Source of the DNA: an uncultured Acidobacteriota bacterium | GTDB lineage: Bacteria; Acidobacteriota; Thermoanaerobaculia; Multivoradales; JAGPDF01 | NCBI GenBank assembly: GCA_963700315.1 | Contig: CAVOXC010000006.1 | Span: forward strand, 58,546-122,545 | Length of the DNA: 64,000 bases | Direction of reading: 5' to 3' | Position numbers and translations under genes: made by a program | Shown here: piece by piece, positions 26,183 to 37,966 of the stretch | How positions within the stretch are numbered: the stretch's first letter is position 1 | How the letters are laid out: every line of letters starts with the position of its first letter | The notes under the pieces: generated by a model | What the model saw: the letters and a program-made list of their open reading frames with translations, nothing else | Database searches by the model: none | Told to the model about the DNA's origin: nothing

Positions 26183-27624
26183 CGCGAGGGTCTCCGTCCG
26201 AGCCAGCCCCGCCAGCGCGGCGGATCGGGGATCTCGATCCAGTCCTCGTGCTCCGGGCCGGGCAGCTCGACGACGCGCTCGGCCGGCTCCTCTTCGTCGG
26301 CGGCGGCCGGCCGACGCGCGCCGGGCTGGCCACTCTCGCGGCCCGGCATCGGCTCCGGTTCGGCCCGGCGCGCGCGCGGACCACGTCCCCGTTCGCCGGG
26401 CGCCGGCTCGCGCCGAGCCTGCTCGGCGTCGTAGGCGATCACCGACTCGAGGTCCTTGTCGCCCCGGCCCGAGAGGTTGACCACGATCGCGTAGCGCCGG
26501 GGCAGCCGCTTCGCCCGCTTCGCCGCCTCGGCGACGGCATGGGCGCTCTCGAGCGCGGCGAGAATCCCTTCCGTGCGGGCGAGCAGATGAAATGCTGCGA
26601 TCGCCTCGGCGTCCGTCGCCGAGACGTACTCCACCCGGCCGGCGTCGTGGAGCAGCGCGTGCTCGGGGCCGATCGCCGGGTAGTCGAGCCCGGCCGAGAC
26701 CGAGTGCGTCGGCGCGATCTGGCCGTGGCGGTCCTGCAGCAGGTAGGTGCGCGTGCCGTGCAGGACGCCGACGGCGCCGCCCCTGGCCGCGAAGCGCGCC
26801 GCGTGCTCGCCGAGCTCGGTGCCCCGCCCCCCCGCCTCGACGCCGACCAGCCGCACCCGCCGGTCGTCGAGGAAGGCCGAGAAGAGGCCGATCGCGTTCG
26901 AGCCGCCGCCGACGCAGGCGATGGCGCAATCCGGGTTCGGCCGGCCGAGCCGCTGCTTCAACTGCCGGCGCGTCTCCGCGCCGATCACCCTGTGGAAATC
27001 GCGCACCATGCGCGGGAAGGGATCGGGGCCGAGCACCGAGCCGAGGATGTAGTGGGTGGTCGCGACGTTCGTCACCCAGTCGCGCATCGCCTCGTTGATC
27101 GCGTCCTTGAGCGTGCGGCTGCCCGCGTCGACGCCGACGACCTTGGCGCCGAGCAGACGCATCCGCTCGACGTTGAGGTGCTGCCGGCGCATGTCCTCGG
27201 TGCCCATGTAGACGACGCACTCGAGGCCGAGCAGGGCGGCGGCCGTCGCGGTCGCGACACCGTGCTGCCCCGCCCCGGTCTCGGCGATGACGCGCGGCTT
27301 GCCCATGCGCGCGGTGAGCAGCGCCTGGCCGAGGGCGTTGTTGATCTTGTGCGCGCCGGTGTGGAGCAGGTCCTCGCGCTTCAGGAAGATGCGCGCGCCG
27401 CCGAGCTCGCGCGACAGGCGGTCGGCGAAGTAGAGCGGCGTCGGCCGGCCGGCGTAGTTCTTGAGCAGCTCGGCGAGCTCGTCGCGGAAGCGGCGATCGC
27501 GCCGCGCCCGGTCGTAGGCGCGCGCCAGCTCCTCGAGCGGCGCCATCAGGGTCTCGGGCGCGAAGCGGCCGCCGTAGGAGCCGAAGTGGCCGCTAGCGTC
27601 GGGATGGCATCGTCGTCTCGGCAC
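26179..27624 (-). CDS. trpB: Tryptophan synthase beta chain with ~80-aa C-terminal tail
   Basis: [51 protein letters not shown] start. The stop overlaps the trpA ATG (ATGA). Confidence 0.9.
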   Translation of the reverse strand: MPRRRCHPDASGHFGSYGGRFAPETLMAPLEELARAYDRARRDRRFRDELAELLKNYAGRPTPLYFADRLSRELGGARIFLKREDLLHTGAHKINNALGQALLTARMGKPRVIAETGAGQHGVATATAAALLGLECVVYMGTEDMRRQHLNVERMRLLGAKVVGVDAGSRTLKDAINEAMRDWVTNVATTHYILGSVLGPDPFPRMVRDFHRVIGAETRRQLKQRLGRPNPDCAIACVGGGSNAIGLFSAFLDDRRVRLVGVEAGGRGTELGEHAARFAARGGAVGVLHGTRTYLLQDRHGQIAPTHSVSAGLDYPAIGPEHALLHDAGRVEYVSATDAEAIAAFHLLARTEGILAALESAHAVAEAAKRAKRLPRRYAIVVNLSGRGDKDLESVIAYDAEQARREPAPGERGRGPRARRAEPEPMPGRESGQPGARRPAAADEEEPAERVVELPGPEHEDWIEIPDPPRWRGWLGRRPSR

Positions 27625-28249
27625 GTCGAATCTCCTCGATCAGCTCTCTCATTCTCTCGCGATCCTTGACGCCAGGGCCACGCTCGACGCCGGAGGCGAC
27701 GTCGACGCCGTCTGCCCCGCTCGCGGCGAGCGCCGCGGCGGCGTGGCCCGGCCGGATGCCGCCGGCGACAAGCAGCGGCCGCGGCCCGCGCCAGCCGGCG
27801 AGCGCCGCGTAGTCCCAGCTCTCACCGGTGCCACCGTATCGCGCTCCAGCGGCGCCGTCGATCAGCGCGCCCCAGACCGGCGGCGTGCGCCCGAGCCTCG
27901 CGACGTCCGGCACGCCCCGGTAGACGCGGATCGCCCGCCCTTCGAGCGCGGCGAAGTCGGCATCGGGCTCGTCGCCGTGGAGCTGGGCGAGGTCGAGGCC
28001 GACCGCCTCGAGCGTCTCTCGCACCGCCTCGATCGGTTCGTTGACGAAGACGCCGACGAGCAGCGCGCCGCGGCCGCGCACGGCGTCGGCGATGGCGCGA
28101 GCGCGCGCCATCTCGACGTGGCGCGGGCTCTCCGGCCAGAAATTGAGGCCGAGCAGGTCGGCGCCGAGCTCGACCGCCGCGAGCGCGTCCCCGTGGCCGG
28201 TGAGACCGCAGATCTTGACCAACCGCCGCTCCGGGCCAGCAACGCTCAC
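27593..28249 (-). CDS. trpF: Phosphoribosylanthranilate isomerase
   Basis: VKICGLT...[11 protein letters not shown]...LAQLHGDE...GGTGESWDY...LLVAGGIRP. Confidence 0.85.
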   Translation of the reverse strand: MSVAGPERRLVKICGLTGHGDALAAVELGADLLGLNFWPESPRHVEMARARAIADAVRGRGALLVGVFVNEPIEAVRETLEAVGLDLAQLHGDEPDADFAALEGRAIRVYRGVPDVARLGRTPPVWGALIDGAAGARYGGTGESWDYAALAGWRGPRPLLVAGGIRPGHAAAALAASGADGVDVASGVERGPGVKDRERMRELIEEIRRAETTMPSRR

Positions 28250-29036
28250 CCGAACAGCTCCGCGAGCTTCGCGGCGGGGTCGCCCGAGACGAGCAGCGCC
28301 TCGCCGACCAGGAACGCCTCGAACCCCGCCGCGCGCAACCGCTCGACGTCGGCGCGCGAGTCGATGCCACTCTCGGCGACCGCGAGCGCGGACTCCGGCA
28401 GCCGCGGGCGCAGCGCGATCGAGTGCTCGAGCGAGACCTCGAACGTGCGCAGGTCGCGGTTGTTGACGCCGACGAGCTCCCAGGCGGAGCCCTCGAGCCG
28501 ATCGAGATCCGCCGCGTCGTGGGTCTCGACCAGCGGCACCAGCCCGCGCGCGCGCGCCGCCCCCGCCCAGGCGGCGAGCTTGGCGGGTGAATAGAGCGCC
28601 GCGATCAACAGGATCGCTGCCGCGCCGGCGGCGACCGCCTCGTCGAGCTGACGCTCGGAAACGACGAAGTCCTTCGCGATCGCCGGCAGACCGGAGGCCT
28701 CTTGGCAGCGCGCCAACAGCTCGTAAGAGCCGAAGAAGAAGTCGGGCTCGACCACCACCGAGAGAGCGGCGGCGCCCGCACCCGCGTACGTTCGAGCCTG
28801 GTTCACCGGATCGAAGCGTCCCGCCAGGGATCCGAGTCGGGGCGAGCCCATCTTGATCTCGGCGATCACCGCCCCGCCTCGGCGAGCGTCCAAAGCTCCA
28901 TAGAAGGGGTTGTCGAGAAGAAGCTTCGGCGCGTCCGCGCTCGGCCCGGTCCGGGCGCTCGTCACGAAGGCCGCGTAGCGCTCGCAGCGCCGTGCGACGA
29001 TGCGACGCAGGACGTCCGGGACCTCGCCGTCCCCCT

Positions 29037-29040
<4 letters not shown>
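28246..29040 (-). CDS. trpC: Indole-3-glycerol-phosphate synthase
   Basis: ATG at 29040. VIAEIKMGSP, LSVVVEPDFF, AIAKDFV, LVETHD, VGVNNRDLRTFEV, AESGI. Confidence 0.85.
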
Positions 29041-30043
<1,003 letters not shown>

Positions 30044-30047
<4 letters not shown>

Positions 30048-30634
30048 CGCGCGGCTCCGGCGTGCTCGGCGCAGAGCGCGAGAAAGTTCTCGACGAGCCT
30101 GGGGCCGGCGACGGTGAGTATGGACTCGGGGTGGAACTGCACGCCCCAGTAGGGCAGCTCGCGGTGGCGCAGCCCCATCACCAACCCGTCGTCCGCGCTC
30201 CACGCCACCGCCTCGAGCTCCGGCGGCAGGCTCGCCTCGCGCACCTCGAGCGAGTGATAGCGGGTCGCCTCGAACGGGCTCGGTAGGCCCGCGAAGAGAC
30301 CTTCGCCACGGTGGCGGATCTGCGAGGTCTTGCCATGCTTCGGCGCCGGCGCGCGGTCGACTTCGGCGCCGAAGGAAACCCCGAGCGCCTGGTGGCCGAG
30401 GCAGACACCGAGAATCGGCAGGTCGGGGCGGCGCGCGAGCAGCGGCAGGCAGACCCCGGCTCCCTCCGGACGCCCCGGTCCGGGCGAGAGCAGGATGCCA
30501 TGCGGCGAGCGTGCCAAGAGCTCGTCGACGCTCGCGGCGTCATTGCGCACGACTTCGTAGTCGGTCCCGGACGCGGCGATCAGCTGCACCAGGTTGTAGG
30601 TGAAGGAGTCATAGTTGTCGACGACCAGGATCAT
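30044..30634 (-). CDS. trpG: Anthranilate synthase component II (glutamine amidotransferase)
   Basis: MILVVDNYDSFTYNLVQ, ILGVCLGHQAL, VQFHPESI. Confidence 0.9.
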
Positions 30635-32097
30635 CGCTCGAGCTCCTCGGCGAGCGCCACGGCGGCCAGCAGCGCCGCGGCCTTGCTCTCGGTCTCGCGC
30701 TGCTCGAGCGCGGGGTCGGAGTCGGCGACGATGCCCGCGCCCGCGGTGACGCTCACTTCCTGCCCGCCCTCGTCGCGGCGGATACAGAGGGTGCGGATGG
30801 TGATGCAGGTGTCGAGGTCGCCGGAAAAGGAGAGGTAGCCGATGGCGCCGGCGTAGGGGCCGCGCGCCTCGGGCTCGAGCGCGTCGAGGATCTCGATCGC
30901 GCGGATCTTGGGCGCTCCGGAGACGGTGCCCGCCGGAAAGGCGGCGAGCAGCGCGTCGAAAGCGCCACGATCCGCGGCGAGCTCCCCCTCGACGCTGGAG
31001 ACCAGGTGCATGACGTGGCTGTAGCGCTCGACCTCGAGGAAGGCCGCGACCTCGACGGTGCCCGGCCGGCAGACGCGGCCGAGATCGTTCCGGCCGAGGT
31101 CGACGAGCATGACGTGCTCGGCGCGCTCTTTGGGATCGGCGAGCAGCTCCTCGGCGATCGCGGCGTCCTCTTCGGCGCTCCGGCCGCGATGGCGGGTACC
31201 CGCGATCGGGCGCGCGACGACGCGATCGCCGGTCTTCTTGACCAGCATCTCGGGCGAGGCGCCGACCAGCGCGATCTCGGGGAGCTCGACGAGCACCATG
31301 TAGGGGCTCGGGTTGACGCGCCGCAGCGCCCGATAGAGCGCCTCGGGCGACGCTGCGGAACGGAGCCGGAAGCGCCGCGCGAGAACGACCTGGAAGATGT
31401 CGCCGGCGGCGATCTGTTCCTTGGCGGCGCGGACCGCGGCCTGAAACTCCTCGCCGGAGAGCGTGGCCTCGGGCTCCCGATCGAGTCTCGGCGGCGAGGC
31501 CGGCAGCCGCACCGCCTGGACCCCGACCTCGCGCGCGAGCGCGGCCTCGAGACGGTCGAGCGCCGCCTCGGCCGCGGCCGCGGCAACCTCCCCCTCGATC
31601 TCGTTGGCGACGAGCAGGAGGCGTTGCTGGGCGTGGTCGAAGGCGACGACGCTGTCGAAGCGGCCGAGAATGGCGACCGGCAGCCCCCAGGGATCGGGCG
31701 GGCGCGCGGGGATGCGCTCGATCAGCCGGACGAGATCGAAGCCGAAGCTGCCGACGAAGCCACCGGCGAACGGCACCGGCGACCCCGGCGCCGAATAGCG
31801 CTCGACCTCGCGCCGCAGTGCCTCGAGCGGCGCGCCGGAGCGCGTCTCGCGGCGGCCCGCGCGCTCGACTTCGAGCCGATCTCCATAAAGACGGTAGATG
31901 GCCGCGGGCGCGGCGCCGAGAAAGCTGTAGCGCGCCACCTGCTCGCCGCCGGTGACGCTCTCGAAGAGGAAACGCACGGGGGAGAGGTCGCGCAGGCGCT
32001 GGTAGACCGCGAGCGGGGTCAGCGTCTCGGCGAGCAGCTCGCGGGTGTGCGGGACGACGCGTCGCTTCCCGCCCTCGGCGACCTCGCTCTCACTCAC
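30631..32097 (-). CDS. trpE: Anthranilate synthase component I
   Basis: LFESV, GDIFQVVLARRF, SPEMLV, RPIAGT, GAPKIRAIEIL, RGPYAGAIGY. GTG start overlapping the hisIE stop. Confidence 0.9.
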   Translation of the reverse strand: MSESEVAEGGKRRVVPHTRELLAETLTPLAVYQRLRDLSPVRFLFESVTGGEQVARYSFLGAAPAAIYRLYGDRLEVERAGRRETRSGAPLEALRREVERYSAPGSPVPFAGGFVGSFGFDLVRLIERIPARPPDPWGLPVAILGRFDSVVAFDHAQQRLLLVANEIEGEVAAAAAEAALDRLEAALAREVGVQAVRLPASPPRLDREPEATLSGEEFQAAVRAAKEQIAAGDIFQVVLARRFRLRSAASPEALYRALRRVNPSPYMVLVELPEIALVGASPEMLVKKTGDRVVARPIAGTRHRGRSAEEDAAIAEELLADPKERAEHVMLVDLGRNDLGRVCRPGTVEVAAFLEVERYSHVMHLVSSVEGELAADRGAFDALLAAFPAGTVSGAPKIRAIEILDALEPEARGPYAGAIGYLSFSGDLDTCITIRTLCIRRDEGGQEVSVTAGAGIVADSDPALEQRETESKAAALLAAVALAEELER

Positions 32098-32735
32098 GAC
32101 GGGCCCCGATGGCGAGCCGCGAGCTCCGCGGCGACCGCCTCGATCGAGACTCCGCGCGCCTGGAGCAGCACGGCGAGGTGAAACAGCAGATCGCTCGTCT
32201 CCTCGACCAGTCGGGCCCTCGCGGCCTCGTCACTACCCTCGGCGGAGAGCGCCGCCACGACGACCTCGGTCGCCTCCTCGCCCACTTTCTGCGCGATACG
32301 GCCCACGCCCTCGCGCAGCAGCCGGGCCGTGTAGCTCTTGCCGGCGTCGGCGCCGGCGCGCGCCGCGACGATCCGTTCGAGCGCGCCCAGGTCGAGGCCA
32401 CCCGGCGCCTCCGCGAAGCAGCTGGCGGTCCCCGAATGGCAGGCGGGCCCCGCGGGGACTACGGCGAGCAGCAGCGCGTCGCCGTCGCAATCGGCGGCGA
32501 CGCCGACCACGCGCAGCGTGTTGCCGGAGCTCTCCCCCTTCTTCCAGAGCCGCTCGCGCGAGCGCGACCAGAACCAGGCCTCGCCGCACTCGAGCGTCCG
32601 CTCGAGCGCCTCGCGATTCGACCACGCGAGCATCAGGACCCGTCCGCTGAAGGCGTCCTGAGCGATCACGGCGATCAAGCCACGATCGTCGAAGCGGAGC
32701 GCCTCGCGATCGAGCGCCAGCGCGAATTCGCTCAT
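32094..32735 (-). CDS. hisIE: Bifunctional phosphoribosyl-AMP cyclohydrolase / phosphoribosyl-ATP pyrophosphatase
   Basis: ATG at 32735. [25 protein letters not shown]...[19 protein letters not shown]...CHSG, then SYTARLL...KVGEEATE...DLLFHL. Confidence 0.85.
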   Translation of the reverse strand: MSEFALALDREALRFDDRGLIAVIAQDAFSGRVLMLAWSNREALERTLECGEAWFWSRSRERLWKKGESSGNTLRVVGVAADCDGDALLLAVVPAGPACHSGTASCFAEAPGGLDLGALERIVAARAGADAGKSYTARLLREGVGRIAQKVGEEATEVVVAALSAEGSDEAARARLVEETSDLLFHLAVLLQARGVSIEAVAAELAARHRGPS

Positions 32736-33586
32736 GCCGTCCCCTCCCCGCTTGCCGTCGAGCTGTCGCGGACCGGAAAGCCGCGCTCGGCGAGCGCGCG
32801 ATGGATCGCCGCGACGGTGGTCTCGCCCGAGTGGAAGACCGAGGCGGCGAGCACCGCGGCGGCGCCCGCGTCGAGCGCGGCGGCGAAGTCGTCGATCGTC
32901 GCGCCGCCGCCCGACGCGATCACCGGAACCGCGACGCGCATGCAGGCAGCCGCGAGCAGCTCGAGATCGTAGCCCTCGCGCGTGCCGTCCCGGTCGATCG
33001 AGGTGAGCAGGATCTCGCCGGCGCCCCGCGCCACGCCCGCGCCGATCCAGTCGATCGCGTCGATCGCCGTGGGCCGGCGGCCGCCGTGAGTCACCACCTC
33101 CCAACCTCCGTCCGGGCGCCGCAGAGCGTCGACCGACAGCACCACACACTGGCTGCCGAAGCGGCCGGCGAGCTCGGCGAGGAGCCCGGGGCGCGCGACG
33201 GCCGCGCTGTTGATGCCGACCTTGTCGGCGCCAGCCTCGAGCAACGCGCGCGCATCGTCCAGCGAACGCACGCCGCCACCGACGGTGAGCGGCACGAAGA
33301 CGCGCTCGGCCACCCGCTCGACCCACTCGAGCGCCGGGCCGCGCAGCTCGTGCGACGCCGCGACGTCGAGAAAGACCAGCTCGTCGGCTCCTTCGGCGGC
33401 GTAGCGCGCCGCCTGTTCCGCCGGATCGCCGGCATCCACCAGACCCTCGAAGCGCACGCCCTTGACCACCCGTCCCGCCGCGACGTCCAGACAGGGGATG
33501 ACCCGGCGGCAGAGCCGCGTCGGGCCAGGAAAACGGCTGGAGCCATGGGCGAGGGCGCCGGTCTTCGCGCTCTGCGCACTGGTCAC
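32732..33586 (-). CDS. hisF: Imidazole glycerol phosphate synthase cyclase subunit
   Basis: [65 protein letters not shown]. The only in-frame start candidate is GTG at 33586. Confidence 0.8.
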   Translation of the reverse strand: MTSAQSAKTGALAHGSSRFPGPTRLCRRVIPCLDVAAGRVVKGVRFEGLVDAGDPAEQAARYAAEGADELVFLDVAASHELRGPALEWVERVAERVFVPLTVGGGVRSLDDARALLEAGADKVGINSAAVARPGLLAELAGRFGSQCVVLSVDALRRPDGGWEVVTHGGRRPTAIDAIDWIGAGVARGAGEILLTSIDRDGTREGYDLELLAAACMRVAVPVIASGGGATIDDFAAALDAGAAAVLAASVFHSGETTVAAIHRALAERGFPVRDSSTASGEGTA

Positions 33587-34331
33587 GGCTGGACCCCCGC
33601 CATGGACCGCGGCGCTCTCGCACGCCGCGAGCGCATCCTCCAGGGTCACGCGACCCTCGTAGAACGCCCGACCCAGGATCGCCGCGCCGATTCCGGGTGT
33701 CGCCGCCGCTCGACCGAGATCGCCGACCGAGCTCACGCCGCCCGAGACGATTGCCGGGAAGCCGCTCGCGCGGGCCACGCCGGCGGCGAGCTGGAGGTTC
33801 GGTCCCGACAGCATCCCGTCGCGCTCGACGTCGGTCACGAGCACCGCCAGGGCAGGGCAAGCCACGTAGACGATTCGACGCTGCTTGCCAGTGAAGGGAG
33901 GACGACTCGGACCAGCCCGCCACGCGCACCGTTCCGGCGGCGCAATCGAGGGCGGGAACGATGCGACCGGGAAGCGCGGCGGCGAGGGCGGCGAACCCGT
34001 TCGGATCGCGCACCACCATCGACCCGACGACCGCCCGCTCGAACCCCCACGCCAACGCCCGCTCGACAGCCGCAACGCTCCTCAAGCCCCCCCCTAACTG
34101 GCAGCTTTTCAGAACGCCGGAACCGGCGAGACGCCCCAGGATCTCCTCCTGCGCCGCTTCACCGAACGCCGCATCGAGGTCGACGACGTGCACACGCTCG
34201 ACGCCCGCCGCGGCGAACTGTGCGAGCAGCTCGAGTGGCTCCAACGGATAGACGGTGAGGCTGGCGTCGTCCCCCTTCTCGAGACGCACGACCTTGCCGC
34301 GGCGCAGGTCGATCGACGGGATCAGCTCCAC
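33583..34331 (-). CDS. hisA: ProFAR isomerase (apparent frameshift near 33890; 3' end ambiguous)
   Basis: GTG at 34331. [21 protein letters not shown]...VAGWSESSS in one frame; ...[18 protein letters not shown]...IVSGGVSS...[15 protein letters not shown] in the hisF frame, with no stop before hisF. Confidence 0.7.
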
Positions 34332-34942
34332 GCACCCTCCCAGGCGAGGAAGCTCGACAGCATGCGCAGGCCGGCCGCGCCGCTCTTCTCCGGATGAAAT
34401 TGCACCCCCACAACCCGTCCGCGCCCGGCGATCGCGGCGAACTCGCGGCCGTGGAGCGCGGTCGCGATCTGCGACTCGGCCGGCACGCCTTCCGGAGCGT
34501 AGCCATGGACGAAGTAGACCTCGGCCCCGCTGCCCATCCCGTCGAGCAGCGGATGCGATCGCGCGACCTCGATTCGGTTCCAGCCGATCTGTGGCAGCGG
34601 CACTGTCGCCGGCAGCGCGGTCACGCGGCCCGGCAGCAGGCCGAGGCCGTCGGTGGCGCCATGTTCCTCGCCGCTCTCGAACAACAGCTGGTAGCCGACG
34701 CAGATGCCGAGCAGCGTCGCGCCCGCCTCGACCGCCGAGTGGAGCGCACGCTCGAGCGCCCCACGCAGCCGCTCGCGCGGCGGGCGGAAGGCGCCGACTC
34801 CGGGCAGCACGATCCGGCGCGCCGCGGCGAGCTCCGCGGCATCGCTCGTCACCCGCGGCGCGCCGCCGCAGGCCACCAGCGCCCGCCGCACGTTGCCGAG
34901 GTTGCCGACGCCCAGATCGACGATCGCGACGTCGCGGCTCAT
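34322..34942 (-). CDS. hisH: Imidazole glycerol phosphate synthase glutaminase subunit
   Basis: VAIVDLGVGNLGNV, LPGVGAF, LLGICVGYQLL, VQFHPEKSG. Confidence 0.9.
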   Translation of the reverse strand: MSRDVAIVDLGVGNLGNVRRALVACGGAPRVTSDAAELAAARRIVLPGVGAFRPPRERLRGALERALHSAVEAGATLLGICVGYQLLFESGEEHGATDGLGLLPGRVTALPATVPLPQIGWNRIEVARSHPLLDGMGSGAEVYFVHGYAPEGVPAESQIATALHGREFAAIAGRGRVVGVQFHPEKSGAAGLRMLSSFLAWEGAWS

Positions 34943-35547
34943 GCCGTGAGGGTCCCCTTGGTGCTCGGCGGCTCGTCGCTTCCCGCGCGCGCCGCGACCG
35001 CCTGCCGTAGCGCCAGCGCCACGGCCTTGAAGACCGCCTCGGCGACATGGTGCGGGTTGCGGCCGTGGAGCACGTCGACGTGGAGGGTGAAGCGTCCCCG
35101 GTCGGCGCAGGCCTGCAGGAAATCGGCGACGAGCGTCAACGGAAAGAGCCGGGTCACCCAGCTCGCCTCGAGCTCCGGCGACACCCGCCAGGCGAAGAAG
35201 CCACGTCCCGAAAGATCGACCACCGCGCGCGCCAGCGCCTCGTCGAGCGGCGCGTAGGCGTGGGCGAAACGGACGACTCCGCGCCGCTCGCCGAGCGCCG
35301 TCGCGAACGCCTCGCCCAGAGCGATGCCGACGTCTTCGACGGTATGGTGGAGGTCGACCTGGGTGTCGCCGCTCGCGCGCACCTCGAGACCGAGGCCACC
35401 GTGGCTGGCCAGCGCCTCGAGCATGTGGCCGAAGAAGCCGTCCGGGACGTCGATGCGTCGAGCGCCGCCGTCGAGCGTGAGGCGGAGGGCGATCTCGGTT
35501 TCCTGGGTCTTGCGCTGCACTTCGGCGCTGCGTGCGGCTGCGGTCAT
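34939..35547 (-). CDS. hisB: Imidazoleglycerol-phosphate dehydratase
   Basis: RKTQETEIALRL, GFFGHMLE, DLHHTVEDVGIALG, GRNPHHVAEAVFKA. Confidence 0.9.
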   Translation of the reverse strand: MTAAARSAEVQRKTQETEIALRLTLDGGARRIDVPDGFFGHMLEALASHGGLGLEVRASGDTQVDLHHTVEDVGIALGEAFATALGERRGVVRFAHAYAPLDEALARAVVDLSGRGFFAWRVSPELEASWVTRLFPLTLVADFLQACADRGRFTLHVDVLHGRNPHHVAEAVFKAVALALRQAVAARAGSDEPPSTKGTLTA

Positions 35548-36635
35548 GTCGAGATCTCCTCGAGAGCGCGGCGAACGGCACGCAGGGCGTCTCCCCCGGC
35601 GACCGAGACGCGCAGGCAGCGCGCCAAGCCCGGGCCCGCAGAGACGTCGCGCACGCGAATGCCGTGGGCGTCGAACGCGGCGAGCGCACGCGCAAAGCCC
35701 TCTTCGCTCCAACGGGTGAGCAGGAAGTTCGCCTCCGAAGGCAGGACTTCGGCGCCGGCCCGCGCGAACGTCCGCCGCCACCCCTCGCGCCGCGCGACCA
35801 AGAGACGCACACGCTGCTCGGCCCGCCGGGCATGCTCGGGCTCGAGCGCCAGCGCGCCGATCACCGACCCCGCATGGCCGAGGTTGTACGGCAGCTTCAC
35901 CTTGAGGATCTCCGCCACCAGCTCGGGATCGGCGAGCAGGTAGCCGAGCCGGATGCCGGCGAGCGACCAGGCCTTGGAGAAGGTGCGGAAGAGGACGAGC
36001 CGGCGGTGGCGCGCGAGCAGGGGCCGGTAGTCGAAGCGGCAGAATTCGCCGTAGGCATTGTCGAGCAGCAACGGCGCTTCGAGCCGTTCGAGCAGTCGTT
36101 CGACCCGCTCCGGCGCGATCGCCTCGCCGGTCGGATTGTTGGGCGAGGCGAGGAGCACGGGTCGACGCGGATCGCGCTCGATCGCGGCTTCGAGCTCGCC
36201 CAACGGCAGCGCGAGATCGGCGCGCGGGCCGAGCGGGGCGAGCCGCGCGCCGGAGGCCAGCGCGAACAGGGGATAGAGCCCGAACCCCGGCAACAGGGCG
36301 AGCACCTCGCGCCCGGGACCGGCGACAGTGGCGAGCGTCGCGCCCAGCAGCTCGTTCGAACCGTTGCCGACGAGCGTGCCGTCGGTCGTCCAGCCGTGGC
36401 GCGCAGCGAGCGCCGCGCGCAGCGCGTCGGCATGAAAATCGGGATAGCGGCTCCACGAGCGCGCGATCAGCCGCCGCGCCGCCTCCTCCTTGAAGCGCCG
36501 CGAGGGTTCCCACGGGACCTCGTTCTGATCGAGCTTGAAGCGGCCGGGCGACGGCTCGAGCGAATAGGCGCGCAGCGCGCGTACCTCGGCGCGCGCGAGC
36601 CGGGCTCCGGCGGCCGTCGGCGCCGCGCTTACCAT
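35544..36635 (-). CDS. hisC: Histidinol-phosphate aminotransferase
   Basis: KLDQNEVPW, GNGSNELL, SPNNPTG, LLDNAYGEF, RTFSKAWSLAGIRLGY. Confidence 0.9.
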   Translation of the reverse strand: MVSAAPTAAGARLARAEVRALRAYSLEPSPGRFKLDQNEVPWEPSRRFKEEAARRLIARSWSRYPDFHADALRAALAARHGWTTDGTLVGNGSNELLGATLATVAGPGREVLALLPGFGLYPLFALASGARLAPLGPRADLALPLGELEAAIERDPRRPVLLASPNNPTGEAIAPERVERLLERLEAPLLLDNAYGEFCRFDYRPLLARHRRLVLFRTFSKAWSLAGIRLGYLLADPELVAEILKVKLPYNLGHAGSVIGALALEPEHARRAEQRVRLLVARREGWRRTFARAGAEVLPSEANFLLTRWSEEGFARALAAFDAHGIRVRDVSAGPGLARCLRVSVAGGDALRAVRRALEEIST

Positions 36636-37966
36636 GGCTCCTCCGCACCAGCGCCGGCAGGAGCGTCGCGACGCAGCGCCGCGGCTTCGGCATGCGCGGG
36701 CAGGCCTTCGGCGCGGGCGAGGACCTCGGCCGCGCTCGCCAAGCGGTCGAGCGCGGCCGGGCGCACGAGCTCGATCCGGTGCGAGCGGCGCAGGAAGGTC
36801 TCGACGCCGAGCGCCGAGGCGAACCGAGCGCTGCCGCAGGTCGGCAGCACGTGGCTGGGCCCGGCGACGTAGTCGCCCAGCACCGCGGGTGTCGTGGCGC
36901 CGACGAAGAGCGCACCGGCCCGGCGGAAACGCTCGCGCGCCCCCGCCGCCTCCGCCCCCACCAGCTGCAGATGCTCGGGCGCGAGCTCGTCGGCGAGCTC
37001 GACCGCTTCGTCGAGGTCGTAGACCACCAAGGCGCCGCCGCAGGCCCGCAGCGCGGCGCGCGCGCCCGCCGCGGTCGGCAGCCCATCGAGGCGCCGCTCG
37101 ACGGCGCGAGCGACCTCCTGGGCGAAAGCGCGCGCTGTCGTCACCAGCAGCGCCGCGGCGGCCGGATCGTGCTCGGCCTGGGCGAGCAGGTCGGCGGCGA
37201 CCCACTCCGGATCACAAGCCCCCGCCGCGACGATCACCACCTCGCTCGGACCCATCAGGCCATCGATCGCGACGCGGCCCGCGACATGGCGCTTGGCCGC
37301 GGTGACCCAGGCGTTGCCGGGCCCGGCGACGAGGTCGACGCGGGCGACCGAGTCGGTGCCGAAGGCGAAGGCGGCGACGGCGTGAGCGCCGCCCATGCCC
37401 CAGATCTCCGAGATGCCGAGCCGCTCGAGCGTGTAGCGCAGCGCCGGCTGGGCGAGGTAGGCCGGCGCCGGCGTCGCCACCGCGATCTCGGCGACGCCAG
37501 CGACACGCGCGGGCACCACGGTCATGACCGCGGTCGAAGGGTAGCTGGCGCGCCCGCCCGGCACGTAGAGACCGATCCGCGCCAAGGGCTCGACCCGCTC
37601 CTCGATCTCCACCCCTTCGATGGTCGTGACGAACCCGCGCGGAATCTGCCGGCGGGCGCACTCGTCGACGGCGGCGATCGCCTGCTCGAGCGCCTCGGCG
37701 AAGCCCTCCGGAAGGCCGCGCCGCACCCCGTCTCCGGGCAGCGGCCCGAGTCGTAGGGCGTCGATCGACGGCGGGTGCCAGCCATCGTGCTCCGCGACGG
37801 CGGTGAGCAGGGCGCGGTCACCGCCGCGCCGCACGCGCTCGACCAGCTTGCCCGCGTCGCGCTCGAGGCGCCGGTCGAGCACGGCGTCGAAGCGCGCCGC
37901 GAAACGCTCGATGAGCTTGCGTCCGGCCCGGCTCGAGGCCTCGGCGACGCGCAACGCGAGCTTCAC
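36629..37966 (-). CDS. hisD: Histidinol dehydrogenase
   Basis: GTG at 37966. GLYVPGGRASYPSTAVM, AGPGNAWVTAAK, IDGLMGPSEVVIVA, AQAEHD, GDYVAGPSHVLPT. Confidence 0.9.
   Translation of the reverse strand: MKLALRVAEASSRAGRKLIERFAARFDAVLDRRLERDAGKLVERVRRGGDRALLTAVAEHDGWHPPSIDALRLGPLPGDGVRRGLPEGFAEALEQAIAAVDECARRQIPRGFVTTIEGVEIEERVEPLARIGLYVPGGRASYPSTAVMTVVPARVAGVAEIAVATPAPAYLAQPALRYTLERLGISEIWGMGGAHAVAAFAFGTDSVARVDLVAGPGNAWVTAAKRHVAGRVAIDGLMGPSEVVIVAAGACDPEWVAADLLAQAEHDPAAAALLVTTARAFAQEVARAVERRLDGLPTAAGARAALRACGGALVVYDLDEAVELADELAPEHLQLVGAEAAGARERFRRAGALFVGATTPAVLGDYVAGPSHVLPTCGSARFASALGVETFLRRSHRIELVRPAALDRLASAAEVLARAEGLPAHAEAAALRRDAPAGAGAEEPW

Noticed and set aside
24917-27220. 767-aa ORF on the minus strand, plus similar giants: 32094..35048 (984 aa), 36629..39028 (799 aa), 34939..37086 (715 aa), 35544..37205 and 12179..13879. 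Further examples are 19054..20733, 45080..47056, 17563..18708, 22375..23760 and 55291..56319.
   Set aside because: They are extremely Arg/Pro/Ala/Gly-rich and lie out of frame or antisense to recognisable genes (trp, his, radical SAM, caspase, imuAB, kinase). Only their 3'-terminal parts are real, where they coincide with hisIE, hisD, hisB or hisC. Such stop-poor shadow ORFs are expected in high-GC DNA.
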